Shown: positions 51,766 through 61,830, counted from the stretch's first letter. The stretch is DNA of 64,000 bases from Promethearchaeota archaeon Loki_b32 (GCA_005223125.1 NJBH01000002.1:64001-128000); one strand, 5' to 3'. Made by a program: numbers and translations. The notes: a model not told the origin generated them from the sequence alone.

Positions 51766-52899
51766 ATGAAAAAGATAGAGAACCTAATAAAGACAATTCA
51801 AAACCATATTGAACAAAAATCATTTAGTAAAGAAATAAGACAACAGATTTTAAAAGAATCCAATGATATCGTTGAAGAAATATATCAAAATTTATTCACA
51901 AAGAAAGAAATTCTATTAAATGATTTGAATTTTCTTAATCTTAACGAATATAAAATATTTGATTTAGATGGCAATTTTGTTAATGATTATTCCCGAGATT
52001 TTTATCATTTCAAATGTTTTTTAAACGCATTACTATATGATTACGAACTCAAAGTTTTTATTGAAAATTATAAAAATTCAAAATTAATCGATTCAACTCT
52101 TTTAAAATGTTATGAAGCAATAATAAGGTTATTTAACTGCTATTTTTATTTTTGGAGTTGCGAAAGACATTATGTACATAGAAGTGAAATCGAAAAAATA
52201 TTAACATTATTAGAAAATTATGAAGTTCTATTAATCAAAGAATTTGATGTTAAATTCACAGTTAATAAAAAAACAAGATATAATTTAGAAGATAAACCAG
52301 ATGAATATCTTATCAGTTTTGATGAACTTCAAATAGCTATTCATATGAGTGGTGATATTGCAGGTCATATATATACAGGATTATATGACCATACCCCTAT
52401 ATTTGAGTTTTTAAAGTCTATTAAAAAGGAATTAAATATAGGACTTACTCAATTTATTCAAGAGCTCTTTTGGAGACCATCAAAGGATAAAAGTGATACA
52501 TCATTGTTTTCAGAGTTAAGTCACTCTGATCTTCTTGATTTAATTGTTAGAAAGCTTCGAAATCTAAATTTAAAAAACATTCATAATTTTCGTGATGAGG
52601 CTAGTACTGACTTAATCTTAAATGAAAAAGGATATAAAATTGGAATTCAAGTAGAAGTAAATAATGATATTAAAGAAACCACAAAAAAACATACATTTAC
52701 TAAATCAATCAAATCTCAGATTCAAGACGCTCGAAGAATTCCTGGATTGGATAAATATATTATTCTTTTATGTATCGATTTAAATATAAAAAGTTATAAT
52801 ACCAAATTGCGAATAACCTTTTCCCAACTTGAACAGATGAATGATAATTTCTTTACATACATTACTCCTGAAAATTTAGTTGAATTTTTTTCTGATTAA
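51766..52899 (+). CDS. Hypothetical protein with C-terminal PD-(D/E)xK-like domain
   Basis: H..RDEASTDLILNEKGYKIGIQVE, QIQDA, ITPE.L. Confidence 0.55.
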   Translation: MKKIENLIKTIQNHIEQKSFSKEIRQQILKESNDIVEEIYQNLFTKKEILLNDLNFLNLNEYKIFDLDGNFVNDYSRDFYHFKCFLNALLYDYELKVFIENYKNSKLIDSTLLKCYEAIIRLFNCYFYFWSCERHYVHRSEIEKILTLLENYEVLLIKEFDVKFTVNKKTRYNLEDKPDEYLISFDELQIAIHMSGDIAGHIYTGLYDHTPIFEFLKSIKKELNIGLTQFIQELFWRPSKDKSDTSLFSELSHSDLLDLIVRKLRNLNLKNIHNFRDEASTDLILNEKGYKIGIQVEVNNDIKETTKKHTFTKSIKSQIQDARRIPGLDKYIILLCIDLNIKSYNTKLRITFSQLEQMNDNFFTYITPENLVEFFSD

Positions 52900-52944
52900 A
52901 TCTCACTTCCATTTTGATATATCAGATTTGTCTCGCAGGAGTTT

Positions 52945-53652
52945 TTAATAGCAATTTGAAAATATTAAATCCATCTGCATATCTATGTAATTTTCATTCT
53001 GATATTCACACGCACTACAAATTAAGTGAGTTATAGTACTTAAATAATTTATAATATCCTCTAATTCATCTGAATATTTTACTTGATTAAAACTAGAAAC
53101 ATTTAGAAGGAGTTCTTCATATTTGCTTTGTGAAAATGAAGACTTCTGTTTTAATAATTGATTATGGATTGCCATATATTTCATTAACTCCAAATTTTTA
53201 TCAGATGGCTTCAAAATAAATATTGATTCTATTTGCATCCAAATATGAAATGCTAGCTCTTCTAATATCGATGAAAATGCATATCTTTGCTGAACTGCTT
53301 TTAAAAAGAACTCTCGATATAATGGATAAAGATCATCAATTCTACTGACTTTAAAATTTACTATATTATTAATTAAATGGTCTAAAATCCCGAGGATGTT
53401 ATCGTCAATTCCCTCTATAACTGGAGGACTTGAAAGAATGAGGCAACCCGTTTTTTTAGTCAAATGAACATGACCTAACTCATGAATTATATCATAATCT
53501 TTACCTGATTCATTGAGAATTAAAATATACGTCTCTTGTGCCTGATCAAACTTAATACTAGTCTTAGAAGAAGACATAATCAGATTAATATTTACATTAT
53601 TTATGGATAATAAGTCTTTGTAATTATTTACTTTTTGAATCCATTTTTCCAT
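52945..53652 (-). CDS. HExxH zincin-like (ImmA/IrrE-type) putative metallopeptidase
   Basis: YDIIHELGHVHL; GAGGT SD overlapping the upstream stop; last gene of the operon. Confidence 0.6.
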   Translation of the reverse strand: MEKWIQKVNNYKDLLSINNVNINLIMSSSKTSIKFDQAQETYILILNESGKDYDIIHELGHVHLTKKTGCLILSSPPVIEGIDDNILGILDHLINNIVNFKVSRIDDLYPLYREFFLKAVQQRYAFSSILEELAFHIWMQIESIFILKPSDKNLELMKYMAIHNQLLKQKSSFSQSKYEELLLNVSSFNQVKYSDELEDIINYLSTITHLICSACEYQNENYIDMQMDLIFSNCY

Positions 53653-53662
53653 AAATATAACC

Positions 53663-54586
53663 TCAAAGTTTATAAAAAATGATATTCTCTCCTTTAAATG
53701 CTATACCCAGACCAGAATTTAGATCTCGAATTCTATATTCTAAATTGTTTTTATCGAAAATAATCTGTTCAAGTTTAAATTTTAATGAATTTTGCACTAT
53801 CTTATATATTTTTTTTATTTTTGACTTAATAGCGGTTTCTCCTTTAATAATCTCTTTTTCTACCCGTTTTAGATTCTTAATTAAAATATTACAATAATTT
53901 TTATCTACTATATTATATTGCGTAATCACCATTCCACCTCCAGGACAAAAATAAGTAGTTCCATCATCCATAACGATGGGAGTATTTGTCCCCCCATTTC
54001 TCCATAATTCTCTATCACTGTCAGAGGTTTTTTCACATGAATTCATTCTAATTTTAAATCGTGCAATTAAACTTGGCCAATTTCTGTGAACAATATTTAT
54101 TATTTCCTTGTTTGTCCAATCTTTATGAGTTAAAATCTGTATAAAATAAAAATGATTCTCGTCGAACATTGCAAACAGTATTTCATTTTGACCCTTTGAA
54201 AGTCTTTTAAGACCTTTAAATCCTCCAAGATGTAAATGATATGTTCCCCATTCATTAAGTGTCACATCTGGAAAATCTAATTTCTTTAATTTTCTACTTA
54301 AAAAAGGAGTAAGGTCTTCTCCTTTTATAATTCTATTCTCTAAGTCTTTAAGATTATTTTCAAGTCCTTTTGGACAATTAAATTCTTTTGATTTTAAAAT
54401 AGTTCTAGGTTTAGACTCAATTAAACTCCGATTTAAGTTCATATAAAGAAGGCATAGTTCATCAACATTATCCAAGTTCTTAATTTTCTGCTCATATTTC
54501 ATTTCCTTAAGTCGTTTGCTATTTTCTCTTATCATAGCTTTTAAAATTTCTTTAAAATCCTTAAGTAAATTAATTTCTATCATCAT
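53663..54586 (-). CDS. Hypothetical protein (EWGTYHLHLG motif)
   Basis: 307 aa; DLTPFLSR, D.TLNEWGTYHLHLG, FIQILTH..W; operon member. Confidence 0.65.
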   Translation of the reverse strand: MMIEINLLKDFKEILKAMIRENSKRLKEMKYEQKIKNLDNVDELCLLYMNLNRSLIESKPRTILKSKEFNCPKGLENNLKDLENRIIKGEDLTPFLSRKLKKLDFPDVTLNEWGTYHLHLGGFKGLKRLSKGQNEILFAMFDENHFYFIQILTHKDWTNKEIINIVHRNWPSLIARFKIRMNSCEKTSDSDRELWRNGGTNTPIVMDDGTTYFCPGGGMVITQYNIVDKNYCNILIKNLKRVEKEIIKGETAIKSKIKKIYKIVQNSLKFKLEQIIFDKNNLEYRIRDLNSGLGIAFKGENIIFYKL

Positions 54587-54609
54587 TAAATCATTGCATT
54601 AAAAAATTT

Positions 54610-56028
54610 TTATAACTTTTCTAATTTCAAGCATTTCGAAGCCATGATCCCAATTAAACGAGTCAATTCTAATTCAAATCCTCTTGAAATATCTTCACAT
54701 CTACTGAGACAATGTCCTGTCTCATGAATTAAGGTCCCAAAATAATGCTCTAATTTTCGTAAAGTACTTCTTTTTATAATTATTGTTCCAGTAGATTCTT
54801 CCCAAAGTCCATCAACTTCTCTGAATGTATAAGGATCTTTTCTCATTGTCTCGGAAATCTTTATTTTTCTTACTCTTCTTGGTTTTCCACCAATAAGCTC
54901 GAAAATTTTATCTGTTAAATTATAGATTTTCTTTTCTGATTCATTTAACTCTTCATGATCTATGAACTTAAATTCAAAACTTTCATGATCTTCAATGATA
55001 AATTGATCGATATCTCTGATAACATTACCTGAAATATCTTTTAAATCATGAATTTTTTCTCTTAAGCTATCTGGGATTGTAACTATATTCATTCCTCTAG
55101 ATTTGGCATCATCTATCAGATGAAAAGAATTTTGGATTTCAGAAGAAGTAACAAAAATTGCATTTAATTTTGAGCTAAGAATGCTTACTGCATGCTTTTG
55201 AACATCAATCCAACTTAATTCGTCATGATTTGTCCCTTGCTCAATCTTTTGTAAGTCTTCCATTAGCATTTTTGCAATATTTTCACCCTTGCAAGATAAT
55301 AGTATTTTCATAATTCTATCCCGGTATGCATTTCTCCCTACATTAGTTCTCTCTCTGTTTAATGCTTTTCTTATTTGTTTTGTTAAAGATGTAATGTTAT
55401 AACTAAATAGAAAGTATTCCTCTTCTGCCACTTTAACTCCATTTATATAGATAAATGCTTTTTCTTTAGTATTTTTATAGACATCTCCATAATCCGTTGA
55501 TTCAACTAATTTTTCCCCTGAAAACCTTAAAAATAATGCTTTTGCATTTTCTATACTCTCCACAGTAATATCTCCTAATAGAACATCGGTACCGATTAAA
55601 TCTGGGTCTGATGGGTGCAAGATCACTGCATGTAAGGTGTCTATATCTTCGAATCCATGCTTTTCGGATGTTTCTATCGTGATATCTCCAAATTTTGATT
55701 TGAGTAAAACATATACGCCATTTCTATCAAAAGTTGCTAATGCGTCTTTTAGACCTATTCCAAATTTTCCAATTAAATTTGGGTTCTCTAATTTCTCTTG
55801 ATTTTCATTCTGAGTTAAGTGATCATATTTGAGACCTCTACCGAAATCTCTTATATGCCAAAACCCATCTTCATCTTGAAAGACTTGTATATCTTCTGTC
55901 CCTGTAATCTTCTGTTCATCTATTGCATTAGCGATGACTTCCCTGATACCATGATGAACTTCCCAATCCTCTAAAATCTTTTCTATATTTAAATCAAAAC
56001 TTCTTTTGTCTTTCATAATTCCTTTCAA
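54610..56028 (-). CDS. GHKL-type ATPase fused to a C-terminal HExxH zincin-like domain
   Basis: REVIANAIDE (N box), IRDFGRG (G1), GKFGIGLK (G2), GT; C-terminal LIHETGH. Confidence 0.78.
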   Translation of the reverse strand: MKGIMKDKRSFDLNIEKILEDWEVHHGIREVIANAIDEQKITGTEDIQVFQDEDGFWHIRDFGRGLKYDHLTQNENQEKLENPNLIGKFGIGLKDALATFDRNGVYVLLKSKFGDITIETSEKHGFEDIDTLHAVILHPSDPDLIGTDVLLGDITVESIENAKALFLRFSGEKLVESTDYGDVYKNTKEKAFIYINGVKVAEEEYFLFSYNITSLTKQIRKALNRERTNVGRNAYRDRIMKILLSCKGENIAKMLMEDLQKIEQGTNHDELSWIDVQKHAVSILSSKLNAIFVTSSEIQNSFHLIDDAKSRGMNIVTIPDSLREKIHDLKDISGNVIRDIDQFIIEDHESFEFKFIDHEELNESEKKIYNLTDKIFELIGGKPRRVRKIKISETMRKDPYTFREVDGLWEESTGTIIIKRSTLRKLEHYFGTLIHETGHCLSRCEDISRGFELELTRLIGIMASKCLKLEKL

Positions 56029-57464
56029 CCTTCTTTTTCCATTTCTTCTAAATGCTTTTTAATTTCTTCATCCCCTGGACTTAATTCATTTGCTTTTAAA
56101 TAAGCTTTTTTAGCTTTTTCTAGATCTCCATTGTATTCATAAGCAATCCCTAAATTATCCCATATCATTGCATCATCTGAATCTGTCTCTAAAGCTTTCC
56201 TATAATGATCAATTGCATTCTGATATTCATCTATACAAATATAAGCTAAGGCAATATTAACTAAAGCATCAATATCATCTGGAACCTGATCTAAGATATT
56301 TTTATAGATCTTAATAGACTCTTCAAAATTTTTTGTTTCATAGTACGATTCGGCTAGACTGTGAGCATCTTCAATTGTAAATCCATTAGGAGCATATCTT
56401 GCTCCTATTTGATATACACGAATCTCAGTTATTCCGTCCTTAATTTTTGTATAAAATGAGATGGTATCGATTTTTATAATTCGATGATTATAACCAATTA
56501 TCTCGGTCGGGACTCCTTCTGGAGATAGTTTTTCCATATTATATATTGGTTGAGAATCAATATAATGAAAAGTTATATCTTTTCTTGTATCATCCATCGA
56601 AATTCTAAAATTAACATCAAATTTCGTAATTTCATAATCAGAATAATTTAGAAATCCTTGGGGGCTCTGTGTTAGGAGATTTCCAATTAAGTCAGGAGTT
56701 AATTCAGGTAAAGTTTCTCCCTCATCAATTTTAACTTCCCTTCTATAAATAATAGATTTTGTAGGGGGGCGTTTTTCCCTCTCTACTTTAAAATTTTGAG
56801 TATAACTCTCATACTCATCAATATCGGTTTGTTGAGCATTAATTTTATCGTCTAACTCTAAGCTATAGAGTTCCTCAGAAAAACGAGATCTTGCTTCATC
56901 AATCCAATCTTCGTCTGATATTTCTTCTAAATGGAATAGATTAGCCTGTATTTCTCTCAAGATATAAGATTTAATAGCAACGTGAAAATCTGAATATTGA
57001 TCACTATTTCTTAATTCTAAAAAATATTTATATTTCTGCTGACCATTTAAGTTGTCCAGCTTTGGGGATAATTTTACACTAAACGACTTAACGATATCAT
57101 CAAACCAAGATTCGAATTTACTTACTCTATAAATCTTGAGTTCAATTTGATCTTTAGCTTTAGAGAAAAAAGAAGCAATATCCATTCTATGGATGTTTTT
57201 TGATATTTTGAACTCCTTTATTTTATTTGCTTCATTTATAATTGGTGTCTTATATTTAAAACTGAGTGTGAAATCCTTGCGAGTGTTTTTTAGAATCCCC
57301 CGGAAATTTAATGGAAAATTTTTCACTTCATATTTCATAGAAGTAGGCATTGAGTTAATCCCTCCTATAAGACCTCGTTCTTTCAGATATTCAATTATAT
57401 CCTCTATTGTTAATCTAGAAATCTCTTTTACTAACTCTTTATATAATAATTTTTTTACTGTCAA
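56025..57464 (-). CDS. TPR protein with duplicated N-terminal domain
   Basis: Three C-terminal TPRs (DALVNIALAY, IWDNLGIAY..GDLEKAKKAY); GAGGTG SD with TTG start. Confidence 0.75.
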   Translation of the reverse strand: MTVKKLLYKELVKEISRLTIEDIIEYLKERGLIGGINSMPTSMKYEVKNFPLNFRGILKNTRKDFTLSFKYKTPIINEANKIKEFKISKNIHRMDIASFFSKAKDQIELKIYRVSKFESWFDDIVKSFSVKLSPKLDNLNGQQKYKYFLELRNSDQYSDFHVAIKSYILREIQANLFHLEEISDEDWIDEARSRFSEELYSLELDDKINAQQTDIDEYESYTQNFKVEREKRPPTKSIIYRREVKIDEGETLPELTPDLIGNLLTQSPQGFLNYSDYEITKFDVNFRISMDDTRKDITFHYIDSQPIYNMEKLSPEGVPTEIIGYNHRIIKIDTISFYTKIKDGITEIRVYQIGARYAPNGFTIEDAHSLAESYYETKNFEESIKIYKNILDQVPDDIDALVNIALAYICIDEYQNAIDHYRKALETDSDDAMIWDNLGIAYEYNGDLEKAKKAYLKANELSPGDEEIKKHLEEMEKEG

Positions 57465-57473
57465 AATCTCACC

Positions 57474-58958
57474 TCATTTTCTTTTTTCTAAATTAAAATT
57501 ATATTCTAATATCTCATTATACCATTCTAATAAAAATTCTTGCTCAACTCTTCCATTGATTAGAATAAATTGAGCAAAATTATTTAATTCAGAAATCTCT
57601 GATTTAATAAATGCTTGTAAAGAATCGATTTGTCCAAGGGGTATCTCTCGATATGGAATGTGAAATTTTAATGGAATTCTTATTATTTTTATATTTTCAA
57701 ACCCTAATCTAGTGTAAATTTCTCTAAATATATTGCATCCTCCTAGGTCATAATCTAACCATACAAAATATTTAATTTCTGGATTATTTCTAATAATTTT
57801 TTTAAGAATTGACTTCCTAAAATGTCCAGAAATTCCCATTCCTTTAATAAAAATAAGTAATGCGTTATTCTCAGTAGCCCAATTATCTAATACCAGTTGA
57901 GCAAACACCGCGAGATTTTCGATAAGCAAAACTATATCTGCATTCAGCTCAATAGAATTAATATTACTATAAGATAAATTAGAAAATGAAACTGATGGTC
58001 CAGCAATCTTAATAGATTTTCCATTCTGCATTTTTAAAATTAATTCTCCAGAAAATGTAAATGAATCTAATGCCAGTATAAGACCAATATCTTCACAATT
58101 CTTACTCGAAAAGTTCTTTATAATGGAATTAATGTCATTTGAGTATTTATCAAGGACTTTAGAAGGATCTTCATTGAATGAGAGTTCTGATTCCTGAAAT
58201 GCTCTTGCTGATACTTCTCGTAATGTTAAATTGTCTCGATAAATTTGTAACCATGTACACAATCCGTATAAAATAATTAGAAATTTTGGAGGATTGGTTG
58301 CTGAGTTCTGAGGTTTAATTGAGGTTCCGTTATTCTTTATCCATTCAGGATTTCCTTCCTTTAATAATTCTAATTGAACATTTAATAAAGAAAAAATGAT
58401 TTTCTTGTTTGCCTCTAAATCATCTTTATTAAAGATATCTAATGTATTATTAATTTTTTCAATTCCAAGAGCTATTTGCTCTTCTACATTTAAGAATCCA
58501 GTTAATTCTTTCAGCTCTTGTTTTCCATCATCTGTTAAAGAATAATATATTTTTTCATTATTAGATGTTTGAATAACATCAATTCTTTTGAGGATTAACC
58601 CTTTTTGAATAAATCCTTCTGAGATTTCATCAAGATCTTGATTCTTATAATAATTCTTTAATTTCTTTTTCCAAATATTTTCATTGATTTTATCATCCCA
58701 TAGTACTGAGATAATTGATCTGAAGAACGCTAATTCATTTTCTTCGAAATTATAATTTTCAATTGGAATTGTGCAAGTAATTAGTTTTTTTTCTTTTCTA
58801 CGTTTTCCCCAAGTCATTTTATGTAGTGGACATTCTTTAATTTCGAAACTATGAATTACCTGATAAGGCCCCTCAGTTATTTCATATACTTTATTAACCC
58901 ATTCAAATGAATCTGAGGGACATTCGCAAGGTTTTTTCTTAATGCTCTCGGATGGCAT
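57474..58958 (-). CDS. jetD: Wadjet JetD-like Toprim nuclease
   Basis: LREVSARAF...DPSKVL, LLIENL (Toprim Glu), WLDYDLGG (DxD), VEQE; directly downstream of the SMC gene. Confidence 0.8.
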   Translation of the reverse strand: MPSESIKKKPCECPSDSFEWVNKVYEITEGPYQVIHSFEIKECPLHKMTWGKRRKEKKLITCTIPIENYNFEENELAFFRSIISVLWDDKINENIWKKKLKNYYKNQDLDEISEGFIQKGLILKRIDVIQTSNNEKIYYSLTDDGKQELKELTGFLNVEEQIALGIEKINNTLDIFNKDDLEANKKIIFSLLNVQLELLKEGNPEWIKNNGTSIKPQNSATNPPKFLIILYGLCTWLQIYRDNLTLREVSARAFQESELSFNEDPSKVLDKYSNDINSIIKNFSSKNCEDIGLILALDSFTFSGELILKMQNGKSIKIAGPSVSFSNLSYSNINSIELNADIVLLIENLAVFAQLVLDNWATENNALLIFIKGMGISGHFRKSILKKIIRNNPEIKYFVWLDYDLGGCNIFREIYTRLGFENIKIIRIPLKFHIPYREIPLGQIDSLQAFIKSEISELNNFAQFILINGRVEQEFLLEWYNEILEYNFNLEKRK

Positions 58959-61830
58959 CAGTTAAATCTCTTACTCGTTTTATTTCTTTATCAAAATTAA
59001 TTAATGTAATCTGAGATTCTTTATTTTGATTTTTCCAAATTTGAATAATATGGGGAAATATTCTTATATAACCGGGTGTAGGGGTATATGGAGATATGCA
59101 AATTAATTTTTTATTAGGTAAATGTTGCTCGATGACCCTTGCTAGAAGTTCCTTATGGTCATCAGCTATATTTTGATCAAACTCGTCCCATACCGAAAAT
59201 GGTGAAGGAGATTCGGCTAATATTGCGATCTCAAATGCTATAGAAGCTCTAAGTCTTTCACCTTTACTAAAATTCGCATATTCGATAGCATCTAATGACC
59301 CATCAATTGTATTTGAGACATTTATATTTAATTGATAATCTCCCTCAATTTCTGTTGGATTGAACTTTAATTCTCCATCTAAATTAAGCCCTCTCATTAC
59401 TGATCTGTAACGACGACTTACTATATCTTGCCATTTAATAAGCTTGTCTTTTAAATTATCAACAGCAATTAAAAATGTATTTTGGCATTCATTTTTTTCA
59501 TATTCATATTGTTGATTTAATTCTTCCAAAGTTTGAATATCTTTTTTAGAAACTTCATAAATTTTGACAATTGAGGAATCTATATCTTGATACTGATCAA
59601 GGGCTGATCTCGTCTCAATAATTCTTTTTTCTAATGCTTCTAATGTTTCAGAAGGTTTCTTGATTTTGTGTAAAATTGTCTTAGCTTCATTGGTTATCGC
59701 ACGATACTGAAAATTTTCATCAATAATATAGTTATCAACTATTGAAACTGTTTCTTGGTTATCCTCAATATTTTCCAAGAGAGTCCAATTCTCTACTAAA
59801 TTATTAAACGTATTTGCGGTGTTCGTTAAATCTTTTATTAATATAGTTAGTTTATTTATATTTTCATTAATAGAATTTTTTTTTTCTTCCCTAGTTTTTT
59901 TAAATCTTTCATTATCCTCTTTCAGACGCTCTATATTTTGTCTAGGAAATGAGAGTATAGAAATTAACTCATTTAATCTATTAGATAAATCTCCTTTTTT
60001 TTCTATAATTTCATCAATATCTTTCTCTTCTTCTCTCAATGCGAGATATTCTAATTTTTTATTTATTGTTTCTAGATTTTGCTGTCTTTCTGAAATTTCA
60101 GATTTAAAATCTCCCATTTGCTTCTTCAAATTTTCTATAAGCATAAATAATCGATTTTTTTCTTTCTCAGGTGCGCCTTCTCCTATCATGTAGGGGGTAT
60201 TGATAAAATGGAATTTTCTTTGAGAATAAATATTATAGGTGTACCCATCTTGGCAATAAATTCTAGAATAAGGGGCATCTTCTAAAAATAATTCCTTTTC
60301 TTCAAAAGTATTCGCGAAATAAAAATTATGCATCATTAAATTCATTAAATCTTCAATTGTTTCTGAAGGAAGTGATTGGGGGCACACTTCTAACAAGTCT
60401 GACCAATCTCGTAATCCTTTTTTTCCCTTTAATACATAATTTTTTCGAGGACTTAAAATAATTGCATCTGATTTTAAATCTCTATTGATTTTTTCAGCAA
60501 TCCTGCCGTGTTTTTCATCAACAACTATACCTGTTTTATATGAAGCTAAAATATTTTCAATATATTCTTGCCATCTTTCAGTTCCTTGTTTAAAATCCAA
60601 AGTCTCATATAATAATTCAGAGTTGATATCTCTTTGTTTTAAGGCATTTTGAACCTTGAAGATATCAGAAGGAATATCAAATTTCTTTTGTTCTAATTCT
60701 TTTAATTTTTTATTATACTCGCGATATTCTCTTTGGATAATTACCAAGTTTGCCTTTATTTCATCTAACTTTTGTTCTTTTTGCTCTTTTTCTTCTTGAA
60801 TGAATAATTGATCAGATATCTCTGAAAGTTCTATATTAAGATTTTGTAAATATGAGATAACAACTTCGTATTTATCTTTATAATTTCTTATCTCATATTC
60901 CATATCATAGACTTCTTGTTGTACTTTATCCTTCTCTTCTTTTTGGGATTGGAATTTTTCTTCTATATTAGTGATTTTAGTTTTATTGTTTTTTATCTCA
61001 TTTCTTAATCTTTCAATATCTTCCTTTAACTTTTCATTCTCTTCATAAATACTTATAAAATCTTTTTGGTTATCATCAAAACTATTAAATGTAAAATGGA
61101 TTTTTGCTTTAAGTTCCTTTATTTGAAGTTCTGCCAAATACCTCTCAAACTCAACCTTTTTTTGATATCTTTTGTAAGTTGCTTCAATATTTTGGAATTT
61201 TATATAAAACTCCCTTAATTTATCATTTGCTTCATCTAATTTCTTGTCAGCCTCATCAAGCTCATTTCTTGTTATTTTAACCTTTTCTTTATAATCTTCG
61301 ATTCCAATAAATTTTGAAACTGCATTATATCGTTCTTTCGGCGATTTTTGAGTCCATATTGCGGTCTGTTGATCATCAATAAAAATAAGAGGGTCTTTCC
61401 ATTCTCCGAAATTTTTTAACTCTTCTTTAGTAATTTTTTTTTCCTCTCCTTTAATTCTTATATAACGTCTATTCCTCTTTTTCTTACCTTTAAAGGCCTC
61501 AAGACCTATAGTTATTTCTTCGTCAATTGGATAGATATTTAGGGCATCTGGGCCTGTATTTAATACAGCTAATTCAATTTTAGCATGATTCTTATAGACT
61601 TTACTTTTAGTACCCCCTTCTTCAATTTCCTCATAAGTAAAAAATTCATTATCTCGTTCAATTTTTCTTCCTAAAACATACTGTACTGCATTAAGGATGT
61701 GTGACTTACCTGAACCGCTACTTCCAGTAACATAGCAACGATCACTGAGATCTCCGAAGGAAATAATCGTATTTTTATGACTTCCAAAATTTTGTAAAAA
61801 TAATTGTTTTAGTATAGGATAACTACCCAT
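58939..61830 (-). CDS. jetC: SMC-family ATPase (JetC position)
   Basis: Walker A GSSGSGKS, long coiled coils with a central hinge, signature FSKGE, Walker B VWDEFD. Confidence 0.85.
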   Translation of the reverse strand: MGSYPILKQLFLQNFGSHKNTIISFGDLSDRCYVTGSSGSGKSHILNAVQYVLGRKIERDNEFFTYEEIEEGGTKSKVYKNHAKIELAVLNTGPDALNIYPIDEEITIGLEAFKGKKKRNRRYIRIKGEEKKITKEELKNFGEWKDPLIFIDDQQTAIWTQKSPKERYNAVSKFIGIEDYKEKVKITRNELDEADKKLDEANDKLREFYIKFQNIEATYKRYQKKVEFERYLAELQIKELKAKIHFTFNSFDDNQKDFISIYEENEKLKEDIERLRNEIKNNKTKITNIEEKFQSQKEEKDKVQQEVYDMEYEIRNYKDKYEVVISYLQNLNIELSEISDQLFIQEEKEQKEQKLDEIKANLVIIQREYREYNKKLKELEQKKFDIPSDIFKVQNALKQRDINSELLYETLDFKQGTERWQEYIENILASYKTGIVVDEKHGRIAEKINRDLKSDAIILSPRKNYVLKGKKGLRDWSDLLEVCPQSLPSETIEDLMNLMMHNFYFANTFEEKELFLEDAPYSRIYCQDGYTYNIYSQRKFHFINTPYMIGEGAPEKEKNRLFMLIENLKKQMGDFKSEISERQQNLETINKKLEYLALREEEKDIDEIIEKKGDLSNRLNELISILSFPRQNIERLKEDNERFKKTREEKKNSINENINKLTILIKDLTNTANTFNNLVENWTLLENIEDNQETVSIVDNYIIDENFQYRAITNEAKTILHKIKKPSETLEALEKRIIETRSALDQYQDIDSSIVKIYEVSKKDIQTLEELNQQYEYEKNECQNTFLIAVDNLKDKLIKWQDIVSRRYRSVMRGLNLDGELKFNPTEIEGDYQLNINVSNTIDGSLDAIEYANFSKGERLRASIAFEIAILAESPSPFSVWDEFDQNIADDHKELLARVIEQHLPNKKLICISPYTPTPGYIRIFPHIIQIWKNQNKESQITLINFDKEIKRVRDLTDAIREH

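Noticed and set aside
58939-61830. Housekeeping Smc or Rad50
   Set aside because: No CxxC zinc hook and no canonical LSGGE or DE.DA.LD motifs; it is flanked by a JetD-like nuclease inside an island.
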